This document shows positions 18,108 through 28,611 of a stretch of 64,000 bases of DNA, piece after piece. A program made the position numbers and the translations under genes. The stretch spans positions 1 to 64,000 of IMG/VR virus record IMGVR_UViG_3300042922_000265. One strand, given 5' to 3'. The notes under the pieces were generated by a model. It saw only the letters and a list, made by a program, of their open reading frames with translations, was not told where the DNA came from and searched no databases. This DNA comes from a virus. Positions within the stretch are counted from its first letter, which is position 1. Every line of letters begins with the position of its first letter.

Positions 18108-19091
18108 CTATGTCCAGCCCAGGAGATTCCACTTCACCAGCAACTGCGAGGCATCGGGGGTATCGATGAAGTCGGTAGTGACCACCGGGATGGCCGATCG
18201 CAGACCCTCCTGCAGCAACAGGCGGTTGATGCTGAGCTGAGGCTGCAGGTGAACCCACCCAGCCTCATAGGTGGCATAGGGGAACCAGTGCGGGTCCACC
18301 TTGCGGCTGACGTACACCTTGGCGTCGTCGACCTGATGGACGGCAAGGAACTCCCGGTCCTTGAGTGTGCCGTAGGTGACCGCGCCGATGGACGTCAGAG
18401 GACCGGTGGGGGTGGTAAGACCGGCGATCTCACCTGGCTCACGAGTCCAGCCACGCTCGCCCTTGAACTCCCACTGCCAATTGACGTCGCTGTTGTTTCC
18501 GACGCGTCCCCAACGCTTACGCATGAGATGCACCTGGTTGGCCGTGTCCAGCCCAACGATGTTGACGAACTGATCGTCAGCCCAGACACCGAAGGCGAAC
18601 TCGATGGTGCCGACCTGCTGGAGGGTCTCTTCGCCCTGCAGGATGATCTCTCCGGTGTCACTGACCCGGTGCAGCTGCAGCAGCGCGGTGCCGTCGATGG
18701 TGCCGATGGTGAACAGGTAATCCCCGCGACTCCAGGCAGCGGTGATCAGGCGGTCTCCCTCCAACCGTGACGGGATGGCGGCGCGGGGGTTGTGCTGACC
18801 GGTGACCGGATCGAACTCGATCCAGCTGGGCTCCACGGACTGCACGTACGAGGTGTATGCCTGGGGACCGGCAGTGCCGACGACGGCGTCGGCCCACCAA
18901 GTGGAGTAGATACCCAGGAAGCGACCGTTGTTCAGGGGGTGGAACCAGATCGGCACCCCGGCGGCGAAGGCGGTGGGGTCGTAGATACCACCCTGGCGTG
19001 GCTTGTCGGCCAGCCGGGTCGCGGTAGCGATACTGACACCTGCGGTGTCGATCGATGTGTCCAGCACCTGGACAGTGGCCTCAGTCGCCAA
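18108..19091 (-). CDS. Hypothetical protein (beta-rich)
   Basis: Long ORF; TTG start overlaps the upstream gene. Confidence 0.6.
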   Translation of the reverse strand: MATEATVQVLDTSIDTAGVSIATATRLADKPRQGGIYDPTAFAAGVPIWFHPLNNGRFLGIYSTWWADAVVGTAGPQAYTSYVQSVEPSWIEFDPVTGQHNPRAAIPSRLEGDRLITAAWSRGDYLFTIGTIDGTALLQLHRVSDTGEIILQGEETLQQVGTIEFAFGVWADDQFVNIVGLDTANQVHLMRKRWGRVGNNSDVNWQWEFKGERGWTREPGEIAGLTTPTGPLTSIGAVTYGTLKDREFLAVHQVDDAKVYVSRKVDPHWFPYATYEAGWVHLQPQLSINRLLLQEGLRSAIPVVTTDFIDTPDASQLLVKWNLLGWT

Positions 19092-19842
19092 GTTCGTCGT
19101 CCTCGTCCTTGTCCATGGTGAAGTCGGCGACCTCATCAGGGTACTCATCATCATCGTCATCGCCGACCACGTCAGCGTCGATAACGTTGTCGTCATCATC
19201 GTCGTCACTGGCCACGCCGCGCAAGACGTCCAGGCGATGACTCAGGGCCTTCATCTGCTCATCGGTGAGCACCTCGCGCACAGCCTGCTGAATGAGACCG
19301 ACGTCGCGGCGCAACGCGGCGCGCTCGGCCTGATCACGGTCTCCGGCTTCCATCTCGTCGAGCTTCAGACGAGCGTCCAGACCAGTCAGGAAGCTGACCT
19401 CGGTATCCTCTTTGACCAGGTGCTCCAGGCCCTTCTGGGCGATGATCCTGAGCATTCCACGGGCGGTCAGGATGTTGGATACACCCTCGGCGAGCAGGTC
19501 GCCGTTCTCCTTGGCGTACTCCTCTTCCAGGATGCGCAGAGTGGCCGCCCGCGCGGGCTCTTGGATGTTGAAGTGGTTCTCGCGGTGATCGCGCACCGAC
19601 CAGAATCCGATCTGGTCGTTCTTGCGACGCTTGGAATTGACGTCGCCGAGATTGCGGACGATCTCGGTGGGACCCATGCCGTGGGCCAACATCGTGTTGA
19701 CCCGGCGCATGGCCTCAGGATCATGGCAGACCCGGCATTTGCGCCCCCGTGTGCTCACAGGGCGATGATCCGCCTCACTGCGAATAAGCGCCACCTCGCG
19801 GCTGACCTGACGGTTCAACTCGGCGCTGGTGGGGACGCTCAT
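19081..19842 (-). CDS. Hypothetical protein with CxxC and an acidic tail
   Basis: CRVC; D-rich C terminus. Confidence 0.65.
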   Translation of the reverse strand: MSVPTSAELNRQVSREVALIRSEADHRPVSTRGRKCRVCHDPEAMRRVNTMLAHGMGPTEIVRNLGDVNSKRRKNDQIGFWSVRDHRENHFNIQEPARAATLRILEEEYAKENGDLLAEGVSNILTARGMLRIIAQKGLEHLVKEDTEVSFLTGLDARLKLDEMEAGDRDQAERAALRRDVGLIQQAVREVLTDEQMKALSHRLDVLRGVASDDDDDDNVIDADVVGDDDDDEYPDEVADFTMDKDEDDELGD

Positions 19843-19849
19843 CGGTTAC

Positions 19850-20113
19850 CTACCCATCTTCGTTGCGCTGGCGGGACGGTCGCTTACCCGCCATGGGATT
19901 ATAGGAGCGCTTGAACAGGCCACTGACCAGGTGAGCTTCGGGATACCCGTGGCCGTTGGGGATCTCGCGGTCCCATCGGAGCATCAGCTGGTCCTCGGTG
20001 AGGTAGTCCTTCTTCTCCGAGAGCTTGGTTACCCCCTCGCGGGCCTTCCGCAGCAGCTCGTTAGCTTGGGACTCCAGGTCGAAATTGGTCCCGCTGGTGA
20101 TGCGCATGGTCAT
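19850..20113 (-). CDS. Hypothetical protein
   Basis: ORF in the operon. Confidence 0.55.
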   Translation of the reverse strand: MTMRITSGTNFDLESQANELLRKAREGVTKLSEKKDYLTEDQLMLRWDREIPNGHGYPEAHLVSGLFKRSYNPMAGKRPSRQRNEDG

Positions 20114-20160
20114 GATGAAGTCGGCCCTCTCGGCTCATGGTGCCGACTCCGGCGCGGTAG

Positions 20161-21045
20161 TTACTGGGCAACAGGTTCTCCTGTCTCCGGGTCAAGACCC
20201 GCTTCGGTCCACAGCTGGCGCAACTCTTCTTTGAGCTGTTCCTCACGCTTACGGGCAGCCTCGATCGACTTCTGCACACGGGCTGCCTTGAGGCGCTTCT
20301 CACGCTGCTCGGGGGTCTCGTAGGCGTACTTCGCCTTCTCTGCTTCCTTGCGGCGCTCCTCCTCTTCCCGGATGGACGTCTCCTCGGGAGAGCGGTACCA
20401 AGGCTTGCGGAGGAAGGCCAGGGCTTTCACCTGCTGGCCTGTGATGCCAACTCCCGCGACCTTGTTGATGTACTCAGCGAGTCGCTGGTTCTCATCAGAA
20501 CAGGTGGTCCAGTCCAGGTGAGCGAGACGGCTCGACTTCGGGCCGACTTCATCCTGAACATCTTCCGGCACTTCCGGTGTATCTACGACAGCGGGCACTG
20601 GTGGGTCTTCTCTCTTGTTTCGGCGCTTCTTCTTTTTGACGGCCTCTACGGGGTCCCATGTGCCGTCTTGTACAGCATCATACGCTGCGATCATCTTCCT
20701 CAGCGCATCATCGGAATACTGCTGCACGGGTGTGGAGAACCGGGAGTTAGGCAGGATCTCTGCTGTGGCCGCCGACTCGGTGTACTCGTTGAGGCAGATC
20801 CGGTCAAAAGCGCGGTACTGCTGGGGGGCGTTGGCCTTGAGCGCGGGTAGCCCGGTCATCAGATCCCCGTAGTAGACGACCTCCCCGTCGGGAGTGGGGA
20901 TGAAGGGCTCCATACCGTGATCTTCTTGAAGGGCGCGCCAGTGCCCTCTCTTCTGGTAGATCCGTTTGAAGATCTCCCGCCGTCGCTTGGACGTGGCATA
21001 CGGCCCGTCCGTTTCAGGGTCGTACTTAGGGAGTTGCCTTCCCAC
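20161..21045 (-). CDS. Hypothetical protein
   Basis: Long ORF. Confidence 0.65.
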   Translation of the reverse strand: MGRQLPKYDPETDGPYATSKRRREIFKRIYQKRGHWRALQEDHGMEPFIPTPDGEVVYYGDLMTGLPALKANAPQQYRAFDRICLNEYTESAATAEILPNSRFSTPVQQYSDDALRKMIAAYDAVQDGTWDPVEAVKKKKRRNKREDPPVPAVVDTPEVPEDVQDEVGPKSSRLAHLDWTTCSDENQRLAEYINKVAGVGITGQQVKALAFLRKPWYRSPEETSIREEEERRKEAEKAKYAYETPEQREKRLKAARVQKSIEAARKREEQLKEELRQLWTEAGLDPETGEPVAQ

Positions 21046-21739
21046 CGTCGTCGATCCTCCAGTACCTGATGCGCTCCAGGAGGCGACTGAAGTTGTTCAG
21101 CTCCTTCATGAATACCTCCGCATGGCTGTAGAGGTAGTAACGATAGAAGGCGTGGTATTTGTCAACACGCGACTCACGGGAGGCGTAGGCGTTGCGTGCG
21201 GGGATGGTGTCATCCACCAGTTTCTCGTACGCATCAGCAAACGCATCTTCAGCCACATGCTTGGCAAACACCGCTTCGAGCAACAAGTCGTTCAGCTGGG
21301 GAGCTAGTTCGAGTTTGATGTATGCGATGTCAAGGAGGCATTTTTCGAGATCTTGGCCAGTGAGTTGGTCCCAGTTTTCGATTTCACGGTTTCTGGAGTC
21401 CTTCTGCCAGATTACCCTACCCGAGGCATCATGTTCTACCACACCTTCCTCATTGGTCACAGGCACCCGCAGCTCCCCGTAGAGCATGTCGATGGCAGTG
21501 ATGGCATCTCCGTACAACTCCAGGAAAGCCCGGTCTACCGCCGCACGGACCTGATCCAGGATGGCCGCATCATCTGGACGCCACCGAAACTCGATCTTGG
21601 AAGCCAGCCCTTTGCGGTTGTTCCTGCGCATGGGGGCTTCCTGGTCCACCTCCTCTTCGCCCATCAGGGCGATGGCCTCCAGGTGCTTGGCCTGCAAGTC
21701 CCCGGCGACCTCGGAGACCAGGTCAGATACGCGCGCCAT
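21026..21739 (-). CDS. Hypothetical protein
   Basis: Long coupled ORF. Confidence 0.65.
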   Translation of the reverse strand: MARVSDLVSEVAGDLQAKHLEAIALMGEEEVDQEAPMRRNNRKGLASKIEFRWRPDDAAILDQVRAAVDRAFLELYGDAITAIDMLYGELRVPVTNEEGVVEHDASGRVIWQKDSRNREIENWDQLTGQDLEKCLLDIAYIKLELAPQLNDLLLEAVFAKHVAEDAFADAYEKLVDDTIPARNAYASRESRVDKYHAFYRYYLYSHAEVFMKELNNFSRLLERIRYWRIDDGGKATP

Positions 21740-22104
21740 TATTCACTCCTCGCTGCGTGGATGATGTTGATCAGGTCGTCGACCGTCATGGTCAGATACT
21801 GTTCTCCAGGCTTGCCGTGACGCACTCGCTTGTGAACGACGATGCCCGCGATGGCGTCCAGGTTCTCCGCCTCCTCCTGGGCCTCACCGACCCAGGTGCC
21901 CAAGCTCATGGCCTTCACCGTCTTGATCTCGACAGCGATCTTGCGGGTTCCCAGGCGGACGTTGGCCAGGTCACCGACGTCACGGCTGCCGACCTTGACC
22001 TGCCGGTCGATGAACTCGGCGGCGCGGTCGGGCCAGTGCTCCTTGAAGTGGTCCGCGATCAGGCGCTCAAACGTTGCGCCCTTCTTGCCGTTGGGATTAG
22101 CCAT
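21739..22104 (-). CDS. Holliday junction resolvase (PD-(D/E)XK)
   Basis: KGATFER, GD and VEIK motifs. Confidence 0.8.
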   Translation of the reverse strand: MANPNGKKGATFERLIADHFKEHWPDRAAEFIDRQVKVGSRDVGDLANVRLGTRKIAVEIKTVKAMSLGTWVGEAQEEAENLDAIAGIVVHKRVRHGKPGEQYLTMTVDDLINIIHAARSE

Positions 22105-22370
22105 CAGATTCTCTTCCAGGTGAGGTGGTAGCCGTACCACGGCTGTCTGCAATGCGGAAACTCGCGGGGCCAGACACGGTGCTCTTCGCACACGAAAATG
22201 GTGAGCCCACAGCATGGGAACAGGGCGATCCAGCTCGCCAGATTGGTGCATCGGGTCCGCTTGGAGACGGTGTATCCCAGGAAGGTCCAGCGTTCGCGGA
22301 TGTTGCAGATGGGACTGAACTCCAGATCGGCAATCACCTGGTCGTCAGTGACAGTGGCCTCTCGGGTCAT
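22104..22370 (-). CDS. Cys-rich hypothetical protein
   Basis: Multiple Cys/His residues. Confidence 0.5.
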   Translation of the reverse strand: MTREATVTDDQVIADLEFSPICNIRERWTFLGYTVSKRTRCTNLASWIALFPCCGLTIFVCEEHRVWPREFPHCRQPWYGYHLTWKRI

Positions 22371-22792
22371 CGCAACCTCATCCCCTTCCTATTGCAGCCC
22401 AGACAGCTGGGCACCAGGTTGGTCGGGTCGTTGTTGAGCTTGTCGCCGTCCAGATGATCGGCCTGGATGCCTCCGGTGCCACCCCATTCCAGCACCTTGC
22501 CGCAACCAGAGATCCCAGACCAGTGACACTCATGAGGGCCAGGACCGATCGCATCGTAGAGTACTCTGCGGTGCTCCAGCACCTCGCCGTTCTTCCAGGC
22601 CATAGGGTGCCCCCACTGCCCAGTAATGGACCGATACCCCTGAGCGGTGATGTAAGTGCCTGCCGCTGGGCGTCCTCCGGGGCGGACGCCGAGGTGTCCT
22701 TCATGCTGTTTTCGCTGGTACTCAGCCGTTTGCCAAGCTCGCTTGTTGCCCGCCGAAATGGCGGCACGCAGCTGATCAGTCATCTCCCGCAT
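22367..22792 (-). CDS. HNH endonuclease
   Basis: EHRRV...DHLDGDKLNNDPTNLVPSCLGCN. Confidence 0.85.
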   Translation of the reverse strand: MREMTDQLRAAISAGNKRAWQTAEYQRKQHEGHLGVRPGGRPAAGTYITAQGYRSITGQWGHPMAWKNGEVLEHRRVLYDAIGPGPHECHWSGISGCGKVLEWGGTGGIQADHLDGDKLNNDPTNLVPSCLGCNRKGMRLR

Positions 22793-23555
22793 AGGGCCTC
22801 ACTTTGTCGGCAAGCCAGCACTGATAACGGGCGGGGCAGTCGTGCATCTTGCGGGTGTTCTTGGTACAGCAGTGCGGAGGCGGGGTGTTGTTCCTGACGC
22901 ACTCGCGCACGTAATCGAACTTGGCGAACACCTTGGCCAGCAGATCGTCATCGCGCTCCACGGTGAACTCACGGGTGCGGAATGGCCGACCGGCCTCCAG
23001 CACCAGCAGCACGCCCATGTCGTAACCCAAGCCGTAGAGGGCCATGTTGAGCTGCAGATTCCAGCTCTCCTTGATCTCGGACTGAAAGTCGAACGCGCGC
23101 GCGTTCTGGGTCTTCAGCTCCACCGGCATCTGACCGAGCGTGGGGTGATCCACCACCATGTCGGTCCGACCGCGCACGTGGTGCTCGGTGATGATGAACT
23201 CCTTCTCCACGTTCTCGGGACGAAGGATGTTGGCCATCTGAAGCTGGGTCTGGACCACCGAGTGCAGGGCGGTGCCCTGGGCGAAAGTCATCTCGGTGTT
23301 GAAGTCGTGCGGATCGAACAACAGGCGTGCGCGGTGCTCGGGGTGGAACTGATAGTACAGGCGGCGTTCGTCCATCAGGCCGTGCGTGGAGGGGTGGAAG
23401 TAGCCGTCGCCGAGGCCGTAGTAGGGACTGGAGTCCACCGTGATGGTGTACTTCTCCGGCCACTCGGGGTCCAGCATGGCGTTCTTCAGGTACGGAGCGA
23501 CGATCTCCTTGTCACCGAGGGACCGGAAAACGTCTCTAGCTGCACTCTTCGCCAT
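22776..23555 (-). CDS. Cas4-like PD-(D/E)XK exonuclease
   Basis: GTALH, GRTD, VELKT, QLNM and a C-terminal Cys cluster. Confidence 0.8.
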   Translation of the reverse strand: MAKSAARDVFRSLGDKEIVAPYLKNAMLDPEWPEKYTITVDSSPYYGLGDGYFHPSTHGLMDERRLYYQFHPEHRARLLFDPHDFNTEMTFAQGTALHSVVQTQLQMANILRPENVEKEFIITEHHVRGRTDMVVDHPTLGQMPVELKTQNARAFDFQSEIKESWNLQLNMALYGLGYDMGVLLVLEAGRPFRTREFTVERDDDLLAKVFAKFDYVRECVRNNTPPPHCCTKNTRKMHDCPARYQCWLADKVRPYAGDD

Positions 23556-23916
23556 GCTTCTCCCACTTCTTGGCCTTCTCGACCAGGTCTACAAAGTCCT
23601 CGAACGTGATGACAGCCAGGTCCGCCGGAGACACCTGACCGCGCGGCCAGATGCGGATCGGCAGGGCGAACTTCTTGCCCGCGAACGCAGCCTGATTGGC
23701 CAGCTGCTTGAACTCCTTGTAGCCGATCGACCGGCTGGCCTTCTCGGTGTACTTGGCGTCCACCTGGTAAGCGTGCTCGGAATCGCTGGGGTCGACACCG
23801 TCGCCCTTCTGATACCACTGGCTGCCGGAGGCCGCCGTGGGGGTCAGGCCGAGGTCCTCGTTGACTCGCTTCTCCCAGACCTCCCACCCTGGCTGGCTAC
23901 TAGGCCGGGTGTTCAC
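23536..23916 (-). CDS. Resolvase-like PD-(D/E)XK nuclease
   Basis: SG...KGDG...VDAKYT. Confidence 0.65.
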   Translation of the reverse strand: MNTRPSSQPGWEVWEKRVNEDLGLTPTAASGSQWYQKGDGVDPSDSEHAYQVDAKYTEKASRSIGYKEFKQLANQAAFAGKKFALPIRIWPRGQVSPADLAVITFEDFVDLVEKAKKWEKHGEECS

Positions 23917-25031
23917 TGGGCGCGATCCAGTTCGGCCATGGCCTCAGCGGCGTCGGAGTCGATCGGGGTCAGGGCGGCCAGCAGCTCCTCGTCACCCTTG
24001 AGGACGGCCAGGGTCTCGCTGACGATGGTCTCGCGCAGGGCCTGGTCGGCCTTCACGGCGGCCTGCACGCCGTTGATGCCCTGCAGCTTGCGCTGGCCCT
24101 TGGCGTCCTCGGGGAAGGCCGGGTGGGTGTACCAGCCGGAGCCCTGGATGACGCCGGTCGCCACACCGAGGCGCACAACCTCCTCGGTGGTGTCGATGCC
24201 GAATCCGAACTCCTCGGTCCACACGTGGTACATCTTCCACTGCGCGGTGCGGAACGGCGCGGCAAGCTGATTCTTCATGCAGGTGGCCTTGATCAGGGTG
24301 CCGATCTGCATCTCCTCGCCGTTGATCTTGCGGAAGATCTTGTCCTCTTTGCTGGTCGCGGCCTTGAGCCGGATGCGCAGGATGAACATGTACTTGGCCT
24401 TGCGCCCGCCGGGAGTCATGTACCGGCGGTAGCCGTCCATATCGTCGCGCTCCTGGTTGATGAACACGCCCAGGCAGCGGTACTTGGAGCAGTAGATGTT
24501 GGCCAGGTTGAGCAGCTTGCCGATGGCCTTGGCGTCGCCACCGACCTGGGCCTTCTCGGCTTCCTTCTCCATCACCGCCATGGATGCCGACCCGCCGATG
24601 GAGTCGTAGAGCACGTAGCAGACCTCCCCGGTGCTCACCAGGTCGACGAAGATGTTGGTGGCCTGTTCGATGTGCTTGGGCTGGACGTAGAGCACCCGGT
24701 CAGAATCCATCAGCTCGTCGCCGATGAGCTTGCGCACCCAGTCCAGAGTGAGCTTGTGCTCCATATCCAGGATGAGCGCCGAGCGATCGGCGTTGCTGGG
24801 GTCGTTGAGGAACTGCACCATGGCGAGCAAGGCCAAAGTGGTCTTGCCGCATCCCTCACCGCCACCGATCTCGATGGTGCGGTCCTGGGGCAGGCCGCCG
24901 ATGCCGATAGCGAAGTCCAGGGCGTAGGACCCGCTGTGGATGCCGGGGTACACCGGCACGTCGGCGGCGCGCATCATGGTGTTATCGCCGTACTTCTTGT
25001 TCACCATGTCGATCAATTTTTGTGAGTTCAC
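23913..25031 (-). CDS. recA: RecA-like recombinase
   Basis: SGSYALD, GGLP, Walker A GGEGCGKT, DMEH, INQ and TPGG. Confidence 0.92.
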   Translation of the reverse strand: MNSQKLIDMVNKKYGDNTMMRAADVPVYPGIHSGSYALDFAIGIGGLPQDRTIEIGGGEGCGKTTLALLAMVQFLNDPSNADRSALILDMEHKLTLDWVRKLIGDELMDSDRVLYVQPKHIEQATNIFVDLVSTGEVCYVLYDSIGGSASMAVMEKEAEKAQVGGDAKAIGKLLNLANIYCSKYRCLGVFINQERDDMDGYRRYMTPGGRKAKYMFILRIRLKAATSKEDKIFRKINGEEMQIGTLIKATCMKNQLAAPFRTAQWKMYHVWTEEFGFGIDTTEEVVRLGVATGVIQGSGWYTHPAFPEDAKGQRKLQGINGVQAAVKADQALRETIVSETLAVLKGDEELLAALTPIDSDAAEAMAELDRAQ

Positions 25032-25039
25032 TACAGCTC

Positions 25040-28000
25040 CTAATCCAGCCAGTCGAGTCTTGCTACGTCCACTAGGTTAGCCCCGTCGCCCTCAAGTTTC
25101 TGCAGTTCACACACCACGGGGGCGTCTACTTTGATCATCGTGCCGAGTTTGCTCCAACTATCGGCGAAGGACAGGAACTCAAAGCTCTCCCCGTTCCAGT
25201 CGACGGTGATGAAGGCCATCATCTTGCCGTTGCGCTGGCGGTGCTGGTGGATGCGCACCACCTTGCCACCGACGCAGAATCGCTCGCCCTTGCGGTAGTC
25301 CTCCATGTCCATCGGATGCGAGATGCACTCGCCCTCGATCATGGACACGTACTCACCCATCGGGTCGCGGGTGATGAAGGTGCCGACCAGGGTCTGCTCC
25401 AGGTCCAGGATGACCTCCGGGTCATCGAACTTGAACCGAGGGAAGGCGTCGGGGTTCTTGCGCCACTTCTCCCAGACGATCTCGTTGGTGTCTTCCACCG
25501 AGAGCGCGTTGCGCTTCTTCTCGGCGATCTCCATCCGGCAGCGATGGTAGTAGACCCGTTCCAGCAAGTCCTCGCGCGACTCGCCGGTCCAGTCGAACGC
25601 GCCGATCTTGACCAGGTTGTCGACGACGCCCTTTTTGCTGCCGCCGCCCTTCTTGGTCCGGTCCAGGTAGTCCTGCAGGCTCTCGTACGGACGGTTGGCC
25701 ACGATGTCGGGCACCACCGACGGTCCGACCCCGCCGATGTCGATCAGACCGTACCGAATGACGTTGTCGTCGGTCAGAGTGAAGCGCTCACCGGAGGTGT
25801 TGACATCCGGTGGCAGCACGGGCTGCTTGCGGCGGCGCAGCTCGCGCAGGAACACCAGAGCCTTCTTCTCGCCGTCCTTGACGTCGTCGCCGTAGACAGC
25901 CAGGCAGGCGGTCTCGAACTCCAGGAAGTAGTAGTGCTTGGTCCAGATCTCCCACACGGCCTGCATCGCGTAGCCCATGCCGTGGGCCTTGTTGAAGGCG
26001 TAGCTGGCCGAGGCCAGCATGGAAAGCCAGATCTGCTCGGCGAGCTTGCGGGTGCCGCCCTGGCGGGTGAACTCCGGGTTGGCCATGCAGCCGTCCAGGA
26101 ATTGGCCCTCGAAGCTCTGCATCAGCTCCAGCTTCTTCTTGCCGATCGCCTTGCGCAGCGTCTCGCCCTCGCCGGGAGTGAAGCCCGCCAGCAGCCGCGT
26201 GGCGGCCACCAGGTCCTCCTGGTAGACCAGGATGCCCATGGTGTGACCGGTGACCTGCTCCAGCAGCGGGTGGTCGTAGGTGACCTCCTCCTCGCCGTGG
26301 CGTCGCCGCATGTAGCGGTCCAGCAGGCCGGGCACCCGCAGCACACCAGGTCGGTTGATGGACACGAGGTCGGACAGGTCCTTGAGGCTGCGCGGCTTGA
26401 AGCGCATGGCCTGCTTGGTGCCCGAGGGGGTGTTGATCTGGAAGATACCGGCGGTGTGGCCGAGGTCGATCTGCTCCCAGATGGCGGGGTCGCTGTAGTG
26501 CTCGTCGTCCATGACGATGACCTCGCGGGCGTCCTCGGGGATGCCGATGCCGAACCCGTCGTAGTCGATCCACACACCGTGACGCTCGTAGATCATCACC
26601 CGCGCCTGGGCCAGGACGTCCAGCCCCTTGTTGGACAGGAAGTCCTTCTTGATGCCGCCCAGCCAGGCGACCTCCTCCATGTCGAACTGGGTGGCGATCG
26701 GGCTCTCTTCCTTGCCACCCTTGCGCCGGGTCGGCAGCAAGCCCAGGAAGGGGCTGGGCAGCGCGACGATACCGGCGGCGTGAACTCCAGCCTGACGGGT
26801 CAGGTCGGTCATGTCCTCCAGGTAGTCGAACAGCCCGGTGTCGGCGTACAGCTCCATGTAGGGCTGCAGCTCGCCGCCGATCAGCTCCAGGGTCTCGCGC
26901 CATGTCGGCGGAACGTAATCGGGGTTGACCTCGTAGTCGTTGTCGTCGGAGAAGTCGACCTTCTTGACGATCTTGGACATGGCCAGGCTGTCTTTGAAGT
27001 CGATGCCCAGAGCCTTGCAGAGATCCTGGATCGCCCGCGCGGGACCGCTCTTGGCCTTGGTTCCGATGGCCACCACGTGGTCCTCGCCGTAGCGCTTGCC
27101 CATGTAGCCGATCAGACCCTTGCGGTGGCTCTTCTGGAAGTCGACATCGATGTCCGGGAAGTCCGGGCGGTCCGGGTTGATGAACCGCTCGAACGACAGG
27201 TCGTACTTGATCGGGTCCAGGCTGGTGATGCCCAACAGGTAGTTGACCAGGGAACCACCACCGGAACCACGGCCCGGTCCGCAGATACACGGGGTCGGCG
27301 CGGCACCAGGGTTGATCCACTTCTGGTACTCACCGGTCCGGGCGGCCAACATGTAGTCGTTGACGATGTTGAAGTACCCGGCGAAGTTCTTGTCGACGAT
27401 CAGCTTCTGCTCGCGCTCCAGGCGCGCCCGGTAGACCTCTTCGTCGAGCCCCTTGGCGGTGATGAACCGCTTGAACCCTTCTTCGCAGGCGCGCCGGAAC
27501 GCAGCGGCGTCCTCAGCGTCGGTCTCATACAGCCGGGGCATACTGATGGTCGGCTTGATCTCGACATTGCATTGATCGGCGATCATCTTGGTGTTGCGGA
27601 TCGCCTCGGTAACCACCGAGGTGGGGATGCCGTGGAAGCCCATGTGCTCGAACAGCTCGTTGACGCTCATCATCCAGTCGGCGGCGTGGACGTCACCCTC
27701 GACCTGATCACCCTTGTTGCCGGTGTTGATCTTCCACACCAGGCGGTGCTGCTTCCACTGCTCCTCCCAGGCGTAATGGGAGTCGTTGACCACGACCAGT
27801 GGCACGCCGAACTCGTTCGCGAACTGGACCTTGGCCTGGTTCATCTTGGTGATCTTGGCGTTGATGCCCTTCTGCTTCTCGTCGAGCGGGACCCCGTCCT
27901 CGAAGAAACGGAAAGTGTGCAGCTCGGAGTAGAACCGCTCGCCGAAGATGTCCAGCAGGGTGAACCACTCCATGCGGGCGGCGTCGTAGTCATCGCGTTC

Positions 28001-28468
28001 GATGGCATCGGCGAACCGGGTCAGGCCACAGCCATCGCTGGCCCACAAGCCACTGGAGTACTGCTTCATCATGACCGGGTTGAGCTGCGGCTTGCCATAG
28101 AAGTTGGCCGGTTCGTAGGCCAGGCTGGACAGGGTCCAGAGGTTCTTCAGGCCCTCGTTGTTGGCGGCCAGCAGGCAGATGTGGCTGGCGTCCAAACCCT
28201 TGGAGCCGTTCTTGCGGCTCTCGCCCACGTCATAGACCCAACGGGCCTCCTCGCCGGGGATGAACTTGATACCGGCGTCCTGGCACGCCTTCCACATGCC
28301 GATGTGGCCGTTGACCTCATCGTGGTCGGTCAAGGCGACGGCCTCGTTGCCCAACTCGGTGGCGCGGCCAACGATCTCGGAGTGTCGGGACCGACCGTCC
28401 AGGAATGAGGTGTCCGCGTGGTTGTGCAGGGCCACGAAGTCAGAATCGCGAATAGGTGGGTTGCTCAA
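25040..28468 (-). CDS. dnaE: DNA polymerase III alpha subunit
   Basis: PHP domain (LHNH...SFLDG, TDH), GPGRGS, PDIDVD, FNKAH and a C-terminal OB fold. Confidence 0.95.
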   Translation of the reverse strand: MSNPPIRDSDFVALHNHADTSFLDGRSRHSEIVGRATELGNEAVALTDHDEVNGHIGMWKACQDAGIKFIPGEEARWVYDVGESRKNGSKGLDASHICLLAANNEGLKNLWTLSSLAYEPANFYGKPQLNPVMMKQYSSGLWASDGCGLTRFADAIERDDYDAARMEWFTLLDIFGERFYSELHTFRFFEDGVPLDEKQKGINAKITKMNQAKVQFANEFGVPLVVVNDSHYAWEEQWKQHRLVWKINTGNKGDQVEGDVHAADWMMSVNELFEHMGFHGIPTSVVTEAIRNTKMIADQCNVEIKPTISMPRLYETDAEDAAAFRRACEEGFKRFITAKGLDEEVYRARLEREQKLIVDKNFAGYFNIVNDYMLAARTGEYQKWINPGAAPTPCICGPGRGSGGGSLVNYLLGITSLDPIKYDLSFERFINPDRPDFPDIDVDFQKSHRKGLIGYMGKRYGEDHVVAIGTKAKSGPARAIQDLCKALGIDFKDSLAMSKIVKKVDFSDDNDYEVNPDYVPPTWRETLELIGGELQPYMELYADTGLFDYLEDMTDLTRQAGVHAAGIVALPSPFLGLLPTRRKGGKEESPIATQFDMEEVAWLGGIKKDFLSNKGLDVLAQARVMIYERHGVWIDYDGFGIGIPEDAREVIVMDDEHYSDPAIWEQIDLGHTAGIFQINTPSGTKQAMRFKPRSLKDLSDLVSINRPGVLRVPGLLDRYMRRRHGEEEVTYDHPLLEQVTGHTMGILVYQEDLVAATRLLAGFTPGEGETLRKAIGKKKLELMQSFEGQFLDGCMANPEFTRQGGTRKLAEQIWLSMLASASYAFNKAHGMGYAMQAVWEIWTKHYYFLEFETACLAVYGDDVKDGEKKALVFLRELRRRKQPVLPPDVNTSGERFTLTDDNVIRYGLIDIGGVGPSVVPDIVANRPYESLQDYLDRTKKGGGSKKGVVDNLVKIGAFDWTGESREDLLERVYYHRCRMEIAEKKRNALSVEDTNEIVWEKWRKNPDAFPRFKFDDPEVILDLEQTLVGTFITRDPMGEYVSMIEGECISHPMDMEDYRKGERFCVGGKVVRIHQHRQRNGKMMAFITVDWNGESFEFLSFADSWSKLGTMIKVDAPVVCELQKLEGDGANLVDVARLDWLD

Positions 28469-28611
28469 GGTGAACTCCTTACTGAGAGGCTCCAGAACCG
28501 GGGCAGGTATCCCTCCTGCCCCGGCCTGGCCCGTAACCGATCACTCGGCCTCCCCCGTATGGGATACCAGGTCTACGGGTTTAAACGCCCGTGCTGGCGG
28601 GGGTTAGGGTC

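Noticed and set aside
22776-23555. CRISPR-Cas because of the Cas4-like gene
   Set aside because: No repeat-spacer array or other cas genes; solo Cas4-like nucleases are common in phage recombination modules
25241-28408. Long plus-strand ORFs opposite dnaE, Ro60 and the tail genes
   Set aside because: Antisense shadows of GC3-rich genes, with no recognisable motifs
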